64,000 nt of DNA, taken from the NCBI GenBank assembly GCA_964548565.1, contig CAZJTF010000001.1:212-64211 (forward strand), read 5' to 3'. The DNA comes from an uncultured Planctomycetales bacterium (lineage in GTDB: Bacteria > Planctomycetota > Phycisphaerae > UBA1845 > PWPN01). The translations under genes and the position numbers were made by a program. Positions 56,301 through 63,304 of the stretch are shown here, one piece after another. The notes under the pieces were generated by a model. The model was not told the origin of the DNA and did not search any database. It saw nothing but the letters and a program-made list of their open reading frames with translations. How positions within the stretch are numbered: position 1 is the first letter of the stretch; every line of letters starts with the position of its first letter.

Positions 56301-56791
56301 TGCCCGGTCTGCACGCGATAGACCAGGTCGAAATCCGGGTCCCCGCGGACCACGCGCGCCGGCAACGGGACCCAGCTCTCCTGCGCGACGGTCTGGTCAG
56401 CCTGCGTCAGCATGATGACCGTCCCGCCGTTGTTCACGAACTGGTTGAGCGTCGTCGCGGCGCTCGCCAGGGCCGATTTAATCGTGCTTTGCTGCGTGCA
56501 GAAGCTGCCGACGATAAACGTGTCGAAACCGGCGAGATTGATCGCCTGACCGCTCTGCACCTGGGCAGTCTTGTCGGTATAGCTCTGCCCGATGTCCGTG
56601 AGCAGCTGGCCGAGCCCCTTCGTGTTCGAGAACTGGTCCTGGTAGTCCAGAATCGCCACGGTAACCGCCCCGCGCGCCGACAGGGACACCGCCAGCGCGA
56701 CCAGGATCGCGAGTGCGCCCGCGCTTCTCCCTGCCCGCCCTGGTCCCGCTGTGTTGACCTGCTCCGCGGAACGAACGACCGATCCCGACAT
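53381..56791 (-). CDS. 1136-aa secreted multidomain protein: GATase1/ThuA-like + SdrD-B-like + metallophosphoesterase + Ig-like + PQQ-type beta-propeller + dockerin-like tail
   Basis: Start at MSGSVV (56791). Signal-like segment ALAILVALAVSLSARG. GTVFNDADGDGVKDEGEAGIAGVGV is the SdrD-B-type motif. The calcineurin-like phosphoesterase motifs are ISDIHIG, ATGDLADSG, VFGNHD and FSGHWH. Repeated V(Y/F)xGxxxGx(L/V)xA beta-propeller blades (BamB/PQQ-like). The tail at 53384..53602 is DVDKDGDVDQTDFGYVQIC...C..C. Confidence 0.7.
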   Translation of the reverse strand: MSGSVVRSAEQVNTAGPGRAGRSAGALAILVALAVSLSARGAVTVAILDYQDQFSNTKGLGQLLTDIGQSYTDKTAQVQSGQAINLAGFDTFIVGSFCTQQSTIKSALASAATTLNQFVNNGGTVIMLTQADQTVAQESWVPLPARVVRGDPDFDLVYRVQTGHQLFSTPNVISDSNLQGWRYTGSATWSTSWESIVTFEQVGVLAGDGATDVSLASIVEAGWGTGRALFLSLAPDKARNIGNTQAKLQAPRLMRNMLKYAEDVKAGTVPPIVIYRGGGWSGPITGTVFNDADGDGVKDEGEAGIAGVGVSDTIDLAVTAGDGTYTLPNAAGDARLIYISLPSGYAKTNTWYKRISGSSAPADFSFALASAEESRPFDFAQISDIHIGGNGTTALLTSALGEVAALKSPPKFILATGDLADSGSNLSHFDGYVAGVNSSAVPVFSVFGNHDANSGGASNYRKYLGPDYYSFDYADCHFLILNAIQKTTQQQAWVAKDLQLLRGSKRLFIFQHYSPSQEEHTQFQSWSAEAVFSGHWHSQHTVSVGSMTSYNTATFLFGGIDCSPAGFKVISVTTDRSTSRMRWIADGKQLQIVTPSNSVLVPNDDVLVIVNAYETSADVESVGYRVEHSGEVVAEGSLTRQGQWSWRTMLPAAQIPRGAYDLHVTATNDRGETSTAQTTFTVLGLRKPRTAPDGEWTQFGGGPARGGVAAGALEPPLGPVWAADTEGTIDFGSPVVKDKTVYVGVKDRGDLEKNGVLALKAEDGSRVWFTPTPAAVSHSVTLDQDRVYACSHGGVVHALNRTTGAPIWSSELGSPYQRFQYSGPLLLNGALFAGTYAYFASFNPATGSKNWPQSYGADWISSNACPSGTGNIVVVPANWANNVRAVNAATGATIWQYSVQGLHGSPVIVGNDVLFTDYSGTLHCAVLANGSSRWTRPLGGGRSASTPAVANGIVVAGGTGYIRGFRLDTGAQIWEKQLATSALKMAPYNNTFAALAGSPTIADRIAYVPCGDGRLYALNLDTGAEVWSMRFGTPLLSAPCIIGNVMYLTAFDGNVYALASRSAFAIPTDVDKDGDVDQTDFGYVQICLTPNGNIEVLPGCEPVNFNLDPLVDQADVEMLLDCLSGANRDIDTNCLN

Positions 56792-56940
56792 AGGACAGCT
56801 CGACAAATAAGGGCGCTGCCGGGTCAGACAGAAACTTTCCAGCCGACCCGGCAGCGCCGGCCCTGAAAACTGTCTACCGGGAAGCGGGCTGCTCTCCCCA
56901 TCGCCCGCTCCCCCGGTAGAAGCGTGACTCCGCCTGCCCC

Positions 56941-58515
56941 TCAGCGCGACAGGCTGCGGCGACGCCTCGCCGCGACGATCCCGCAGGCGGCCATCATCAT
57001 CAGGCACAGCCCGGGTTCCGGAATCTCGACGACCAGCGGCGTGCCCGGAATCCCGCCGTACCACGTGTAGTAAGCGCCATTGTCGGCGCCGCCGTTGCCC
57101 CAGCTCGCCAGCCCGACGCTGCCCGCCAGGATCGGGTCGTTCAGGTCGGTGATGACCGGGTAGTTGATCGGCAGGCCCCCGACGGGGGTCACCTGCACGA
57201 ACAGCTGGTTTCCGATGGCCTTGACGCTCAGGTCGAACGGAACTTCCGTCCCCGCCCCGCCCGAATCATCCATGAACACGAACAGAGGATTCGACTGGTT
57301 GTCGCGGAACAGCTCGGACCAGACGCCGTCCTTGAACTTCTGCACCGACAGCCCCTGCGGCGCCCGCTCCCACATGTTCGTCGCCGTGATCGTCTGCCGG
57401 GCGAAGTTGACCCGGTAGAATGCGCTGTCGTTCTCCTGCACGCGCACGAGCACACCCACCCCGTCGTCGTCCAGGTTGGCGACCCGCACCTTCATTTCGT
57501 AGTTCGACATCGCGCTGCTGCCGGGCTCGTTGACAACGACGGCGGGGCTGATGAAGTCCACGTTCGGCGTGGCCTGCGTCGCCCATTCGTAACCGTTGCT
57601 GTCCTCACCGATCCGGCCCTTCGGGAACTGCAGGCGGAAATTGCCCAGGTCGTCTCCCTGGCCGCCCGTGTTGCCGGCGGAATTCCGCATCGTCACCGCG
57701 CGCCAGCTCACCGGCGACGTGAACGATTCCGAAAACAGCGTGTTCGCGTTGTTCGCGTCGGTGACCGTGACCTGGCTGGCCTCGACACCCCAGAGCGCCC
57801 GGAGAGCCGAGGGCGAATTGGCGGTGCCGCCATTGCGCTCATACCAGGAGTGAACGCCGATCTTGCCGGCCTTCAGGTCGGCATCCGTGCCGCTGTGGAT
57901 CAGCGTGTTGTCCACGTAGACCGACCAGGCCGTCCCATTCACCTCGACTTTGACGTTCATGGGGAAGTAATTTGCCGCGTCATTGTCGGTGATCTTCGGC
58001 ACGAACGTTGTGCTGGGGGCGGCGATCTGCGTGATGGCGTTGTTGACCACCTTCTGGACCGACACGCCCCTGCCGAAACCGAGGTTGCTGCTCTGGTTGC
58101 GCAGCCCCACGCGGAAGTAGTTCCCCGTGTCCTGCCAGCCGAACACGACCCCGAATCCGTCGTCGTCGTTCGTCGTCAGGGTCGTCGTGAAGTTGTACGC
58201 GTCCGGGGTCGTGAAATTGTCGTTGATCATGATGTACGGGGTGTACCGGCCGTCCGTCGAGGAGGTGCTGTCACCCCACCGTCCGCCGCCCGATTCCTGC
58301 AGCGCGCCGGTCCGCAGGTGGATGCCCCAGTTCGGCTTCTCAACCGTCGCCGGCGCCAGGGTCGGCGACTGGTTGGGGTTGGTCGGGTTCGGATCGACCC
58401 ATCCGTTGTAGCTGTTGATAAAGGGGTCGCTGATCAGCGGGTCCCCCGGGGCGCCGAGCGCCGGCAGCGCCGCCGCCGCGAGCGACAACAAGGCAAGAAT
58501 TCGCACGATCGTCAT
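56941..58515 (-). CDS. 524-aa PEP-CTERM protein built from two DDDG-motif beta-sandwich modules
   Basis: AGGAGGG lies 7 nt upstream of the ATG. Signal peptide MTIVRILALLSLAAAALPALGAP. NDDDGFGVVFGWQDTGNYFRVGL and LDDDGVGVLVRVQENDSAFYRVNF. The tail VEIPEPGLCLMMMAACGIVAARRRRSLSR is at 56944..57030. Confidence 0.75.
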   Translation of the reverse strand: MTIVRILALLSLAAAALPALGAPGDPLISDPFINSYNGWVDPNPTNPNQSPTLAPATVEKPNWGIHLRTGALQESGGGRWGDSTSSTDGRYTPYIMINDNFTTPDAYNFTTTLTTNDDDGFGVVFGWQDTGNYFRVGLRNQSSNLGFGRGVSVQKVVNNAITQIAAPSTTFVPKITDNDAANYFPMNVKVEVNGTAWSVYVDNTLIHSGTDADLKAGKIGVHSWYERNGGTANSPSALRALWGVEASQVTVTDANNANTLFSESFTSPVSWRAVTMRNSAGNTGGQGDDLGNFRLQFPKGRIGEDSNGYEWATQATPNVDFISPAVVVNEPGSSAMSNYEMKVRVANLDDDGVGVLVRVQENDSAFYRVNFARQTITATNMWERAPQGLSVQKFKDGVWSELFRDNQSNPLFVFMDDSGGAGTEVPFDLSVKAIGNQLFVQVTPVGGLPINYPVITDLNDPILAGSVGLASWGNGGADNGAYYTWYGGIPGTPLVVEIPEPGLCLMMMAACGIVAARRRRSLSR

Positions 58516-58566
58516 CTTCTGCCCTCCTGAGGCTGCTGCCTCGGTTGAATGTCGAACACCTCCAGC

Positions 58567-61500
58567 CTACTCATTGGCACAGTTCGCGTCCAGAGGCATA
58601 TCGCCTGAATAGCATGCCTGAAAGATCGCAAAGTCATCCATATCGACGTCCGTGTCGCCGTCGCTGTCCGCCCGGTTGCACCGTACGTCCGGGTTGGTCC
58701 GCGGAATGGTGGGCCCGCTCGCGCAGGTCTTCCAGAGAATAAAGTCGAGATCGTTCACCCGGTTGTCGTCGTTCAGATCCGGGATGGGCCGTCCGGCAAC
58801 ACCGACGACACGCACATTGTCGAAAACGCCGGCCGTATCGATGTACTTCGTCCAGTCGAAGCCGATCCCCAGGTAGTTGTTGATCTCGTCGACGCGGCCG
58901 TCGGCGTCTCCCATCCCCCACACTGTCGCGCCGATCTTGCCCTGCAGCAGGGGGTTCGACGGATCGGAGAACGACCACATGTACTGTGTGACGCCGTCCG
59001 CCGTCGCGTTCGGCCCGCCGTAATCGCACTCGGAGTCGCTGTCCAGACAGAGCTCGGTCACCTTGATGTTGAAGTCAGCCCCGGTGGCCTGCAGTTCCAG
59101 GCGCCATCTCTGCCCCGGGCGATACACGAAGCCGGCGTTGTAAAACATCTCCTGGTAGGTGCCCGCCAGCCGCTTCTGGACCGACACGCCCTGCGGCGGG
59201 CCGCCGTTCGCGTTGTTCGCCTGGCTCATGAACATCAGGCGGTAAAAGTTCTCCTCGTTCTGGTAGCGGAACAGCACGCCGATCCCGTCGTTGTCCAGCG
59301 CCTGTATGTCCACCGTGTACGTGTAGTCGATCCAGTGGCTCTCGCCGGCCACCGCCCGCGGACCGTCGAAATTGGTCGTGCCCCGCGTGTTGTTGCCCTC
59401 TTCCAGGAAGGCTGTCCCGACAATGTAGCGGTTGTCGCGCGCGCCCAGCGCCTTCAGATCCTCGCGGATGCCGATCCCCGAGGTCTTCGCTCCCGTCCAT
59501 GCCTGGCTGTACGACGCCGACTCGCCCAGTACCGAGTCCACATCGGACATCGTCTCCTGCGTGGCATCCACCCAGCCTTTCGGATCGGGCGCACCCATCC
59601 CGTCGGTGAACACAGGCTGGCTCTGGCCCGCCAGCGTCAGCTTGATCTCGCGGAACTCGTTGACGTTGTTGCCCCAGGTGTGCAGGCCCACCGTGCCGCG
59701 CGTGAGCGGCGCGGGATCCACCACCGTCGCCTGGTAATAGTTGTCCTGTTCGTATCCGGTATCGAGCGTGTCGATCTGGATCCGGAACGTCCCGCCGGTG
59801 CAGATCACCCGCGCCCGCCAGATCTTGAACCCCTCCTCGATACCTCCGCCCGCCGCCCAGCCGGCCGAGTTGTACTTGAAGCCCGCCAGCGGCGTGCTAT
59901 CGTTGTCCCCGGGCGCGGTCGAATCGATATCGCTGAACAGCTCCGAGTACACGCCGTTCACGACCCGCTGAACGCTGATGCCCGACGGCGGCGCGCCCGT
60001 GCTGACCTGCGCCTCGTCCTGGAACGTCAACCGGTAGAAGTTCTTCTCGTCCTGGAACCGGAACAAGAGACCGATGCCGTCGTCATCGTGCGCCTCGATC
60101 ACGGCCTCGTATGTGTAGTCCGTCCAGTTGGTCGCCCCCGGATCCATGCGGACCAGCCGCGGCCCCTGGAACTCCCGCCGCTGACCCGTACCGTCCGCCA
60201 TGTTGGCATTGCTCGACATCTCCAGGGCGGAGTTCTGGAATTTGCGGATCCAGCTTCCGGTCAGGCTGGTTCGGATGGGCACGCCCCGCGCGATGTTCGT
60301 TGCGACTCCGCCCACGACCTTCTGGGCCGAGGCGCCCTGGGCAAAGCCGTAGCTCCCGGTCGCCTCGTTTCGGAAGCCGACCCGGAAGTAGTTGTTGTCA
60401 TCCACGTGCCCGAATACGAGCCCCAGCCCGTCATTGTCGTAACTTCGCAGGCGGGCACGGAGCGTGTAGTCCGCCCCGGCGTTGAACCCGTCCTTCACGA
60501 GCACGTACGGAACGTACTTCCCGTCACCATTCGTGCCGCCGTCGAGCGAGCCGCCGTTCCTCTGGCGACCGTCCGTGGGATCGAGAAGGTTTGCCGTCGA
60601 CAGCAGGCGGATGCCCCATGCGGCGGGCCGCCCCGCGATCTGCGGAACCGCCGGGTCGTACGTGCTTCGCCAGTTGTTGTAACCCTTCGGCAACACGTCC
60701 CCGACCAGCGTGATCGGCGTCGCGTCCGTGGTCACAATGAACGGCGTGCTGACCCCCCCGTAGCTGTAGAAGAACGTCGCGTCATTACCCCACGCGTGCA
60801 GTCCGGCCGTGCCGGCGGGCACCGGGTCGCTGGCGTCCACGATGTCCGGATACGTGATGGTCTGAGGTGACGGGCCGGCCGGATCGTTCACAACCGTCAG
60901 TTGGATTGTCGCCGTCCCGCCGCTGCCCGTGATCCGCGCCCGCACATCGAACGGGATGTTTGAGGCGTACGTGAACAGCGGGCTACCCTGGTTGTCCCGG
61001 AAGATTTCGCTCCAGACACCGTTGCGGCACTTCTGGACCGAGACGCCCTGGGGGGCCCGCTCCCACGCGTTGGTCGCGGTAATCGCCTGACGGACAAACG
61101 TGATCCGGTAGAAGTTCGTATCATCCTGCGCCCGGAGTAACACGCCCATGCCGTCGTCGTCCGTGGCCAGCAACCGGACCTTCGCTTCGTAATCGGCCCA
61201 GGCAGAACTGCCGGCCGCGTCGTACGCGACAGCAATGCCCATGAAGTCCACGTTGGGGGCGTTGTTGGTGGCCCACGTAAAGTAATTGCTGTCGTCCGTG
61301 TAGGCGCCCCGGTGGAAATCCCACCGCAGGTCCCCCAGGCTTCCCAACTCGGTCACCGCCGCGCCCATCGCGTTGGTCGTGAGCATCCGCCGCCATTTGC
61401 CTGCGATGATCGCCGGAAGCTCCCACGTCTCCTGCAGCAGGGTCGCCCCGGCGCCGTCCTCCACAGTTAAGTACTCGCACTCCGTCCCCGAAATGGGGCT

Positions 61501-61833
61501 TCCACCGCGCTGAGCCCAGGACATCACGCCCACCGACCCCGCATGCAGATCCGGATCCGTTCCCGACAGCGTGGCGCTGCCGTTCACGGTAATGGTGAAC
61601 GTCTGCCCCACGACCCGCACCTCCACGTCGAAGGGCGTCCCGTCGATCGGGGGCGAAAAGTCGTGCGGAACAGACCACGCCGGCAGCGCCGCGTGCGTCA
61701 TGGCGTTCTGCCACGGGGCCCGGTTGAAATCGTCCTCGAAGAGCAGGCTCTGCCCGGCCGTGGTCGAGACCACCCCCAACAGCAGCGCGCAGAACAACCC
61801 TTTCCCCATGAAGGCTCCGTGCCGTTGTGACAT
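58567..61833 (-). CDS. 1088-aa secreted protein with four or more DDDG-motif beta-sandwich modules + dockerin-like tail
   Basis: ATG at 61833 lies 7 nt after AGGAG. Signal peptide. Motif copies: TDDDGMGVLLRAQDDTNFYRITF, YDNDGLGLVFGHVDDNNYFRVGF, HDDDGIGLLFRFQDEKNFYRLTF, LDNDGIGVLFRYQNEENFYRLMF. The tail at 58570..58785 is DLNDDNRVNDLDFILWKTC...C..DSDGDTDVDMDDFAIFQAC...C. Confidence 0.75.
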   Translation of the reverse strand: MSQRHGAFMGKGLFCALLLGVVSTTAGQSLLFEDDFNRAPWQNAMTHAALPAWSVPHDFSPPIDGTPFDVEVRVVGQTFTITVNGSATLSGTDPDLHAGSVGVMSWAQRGGSPISGTECEYLTVEDGAGATLLQETWELPAIIAGKWRRMLTTNAMGAAVTELGSLGDLRWDFHRGAYTDDSNYFTWATNNAPNVDFMGIAVAYDAAGSSAWADYEAKVRLLATDDDGMGVLLRAQDDTNFYRITFVRQAITATNAWERAPQGVSVQKCRNGVWSEIFRDNQGSPLFTYASNIPFDVRARITGSGGTATIQLTVVNDPAGPSPQTITYPDIVDASDPVPAGTAGLHAWGNDATFFYSYGGVSTPFIVTTDATPITLVGDVLPKGYNNWRSTYDPAVPQIAGRPAAWGIRLLSTANLLDPTDGRQRNGGSLDGGTNGDGKYVPYVLVKDGFNAGADYTLRARLRSYDNDGLGLVFGHVDDNNYFRVGFRNEATGSYGFAQGASAQKVVGGVATNIARGVPIRTSLTGSWIRKFQNSALEMSSNANMADGTGQRREFQGPRLVRMDPGATNWTDYTYEAVIEAHDDDGIGLLFRFQDEKNFYRLTFQDEAQVSTGAPPSGISVQRVVNGVYSELFSDIDSTAPGDNDSTPLAGFKYNSAGWAAGGGIEEGFKIWRARVICTGGTFRIQIDTLDTGYEQDNYYQATVVDPAPLTRGTVGLHTWGNNVNEFREIKLTLAGQSQPVFTDGMGAPDPKGWVDATQETMSDVDSVLGESASYSQAWTGAKTSGIGIREDLKALGARDNRYIVGTAFLEEGNNTRGTTNFDGPRAVAGESHWIDYTYTVDIQALDNDGIGVLFRYQNEENFYRLMFMSQANNANGGPPQGVSVQKRLAGTYQEMFYNAGFVYRPGQRWRLELQATGADFNIKVTELCLDSDSECDYGGPNATADGVTQYMWSFSDPSNPLLQGKIGATVWGMGDADGRVDEINNYLGIGFDWTKYIDTAGVFDNVRVVGVAGRPIPDLNDDNRVNDLDFILWKTCASGPTIPRTNPDVRCNRADSDGDTDVDMDDFAIFQACYSGDMPLDANCANE

Positions 61834-61901
61834 GTTGAGCTCCTCTACCCTGACGTCAGACCACAATTCTCAACCGGCGTCTGAAAACGTCCCCGCTGGT
61901 C

Positions 61902-62795
61902 CTATCGCTTGATGTACTCCTGCGGGACGTGGCTGACCGACATGTCGCTCCGGTCCAGCGTCCTGTATGTGTTCTCGCGGGTGATCCAGCCGGCGTGCAT
62001 GTCGGCAAACAGCATGTTCCAGCCCTTCGGCCCGTGGTTGTCCAGCGGGCTGTCCGGCCAGTTGTTGATGTCGGCGGTCCCGAGGATCTCCGGATCGTCT
62101 CCGTCCAGCACCAGGATGACGTACGCGGCCCTCTTCTGAACGATCCGGGGCCGCTTCAGCGAATCGGGGAAGCCGTTGTTGTCCGTGTCCACGTCGCCCC
62201 GCCCGGTGTACAGCGCGTACGGAAGCCGTGGATTCTGCGTCTCGGCCGATCCCGGTCCGGCATAGTCGTACTTCTGGAATCCGTTCCAGAACTCGTAACT
62301 GTGGCCGTAGTGGCCGTCCGCGCCGCCGTGGTCCCGGCTGTCGGCGTTGTTGTTCAGGTCGGCCGCCTTCATGAGCCGGTTGTTCGTCCCCGGGCAGATC
62401 AGGAGGCCCCAGTCCCGGATGTACCGCCGGCTCGGTGAGCCCTTCGATGCGCCCGGGTTCCCTCCGCCGCCCGGGCGTGGAATGCTCTTCATATCCAGCG
62501 CGAGCGCCACGACCGAGTCCCCGCCGATCGTGTCCTTTCCCCAGCGCCAGGTGGTGAAGTCGAACGGGTGGTTGTACATGAAGTAGTCCTGGTTGTGGTC
62601 CTCCGAATAGAGCGTCATGGCCTGGCCCATGCCGCGGAGGTTGGCCTGGCATCCCACGCGGTAGGCCTGCTCCCGCGCCTGGCGCAGGGATGGCAGCAGG
62701 ATCGAAACAAGCAATGCGATGATGGCCACGACAACGAGGACTTCAATCAGGGTGAACCCTGACGTTGACCGGCGTCCGACGTCGGCTCTTCTCAT
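61902..62795 (-). CDS. DUF1559-type prepilin-like protein (variant C-terminal motif)
   Basis: [40 protein letters not shown]. The C-terminus is [17 protein letters not shown], with the DG of the HX9DG motif replaced by AD. Confidence 0.8.
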   Translation of the reverse strand: MRRADVGRRSTSGFTLIEVLVVVAIIALLVSILLPSLRQAREQAYRVGCQANLRGMGQAMTLYSEDHNQDYFMYNHPFDFTTWRWGKDTIGGDSVVALALDMKSIPRPGGGGNPGASKGSPSRRYIRDWGLLICPGTNNRLMKAADLNNNADSRDHGGADGHYGHSYEFWNGFQKYDYAGPGSAETQNPRLPYALYTGRGDVDTDNNGFPDSLKRPRIVQKRAAYVILVLDGDDPEILGTADINNWPDSPLDNHGPKGWNMLFADMHAGWITRENTYRTLDRSDMSVSHVPQEYIKR

Positions 62796-63246
62796 GGGCA
62801 GCCCCTTTCATCAGTTGCGCACAGAACGGATGCGCAGAAAAGGCCTTCCACTGCCTCACCAGATGCACGATGATGGCAGAGCCTCAAGCTGAACTGTCGC
62901 GGCGCCCAGCCCGCGGCACAGGCGGCACTGCCGAGTTGATAAACCCAGCGTACGCCGGGGCCGGGGCCGGATCAAGCAAAAAATGGATGAGCGGGAGGTA
63001 AGATTTGCATTGTTATCGGTCTCTCAGCCGGGCAGTGCTCCCGGCGTCGTCTCCCGGTCGGAGGCATCGTCAGCCGGGTGGGCCAGCGACCACAGCTCTT
63101 TTCAGCCATAGGGGATGGTCGGGTTCGTGTGGGGCGTCGGACGATGAGTTGGCCGGCCGCGCTCCCGGCTTCACCTCGTAAGAACACTCGACCCCGAAAG
63201 ATTTTTTTCGACATCCCGTAATTTACACCACACGCTTCCAATTCTG

Positions 63247-63255
63247 TGCTATATT
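63247..63255 (+). promoter_or_regulatory. possible extended -10 promoter element
   Basis: TGcTATATT lies 50 nt upstream of the ATG at 63305, in an AT-richer 509-nt divergent intergenic region. Confidence 0.3.
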
Positions 63256-63304
63256 CCATGCGTCACCGCTCACGGATGAGCACAGGGGTTCACGGAGTCG
63301 AACC

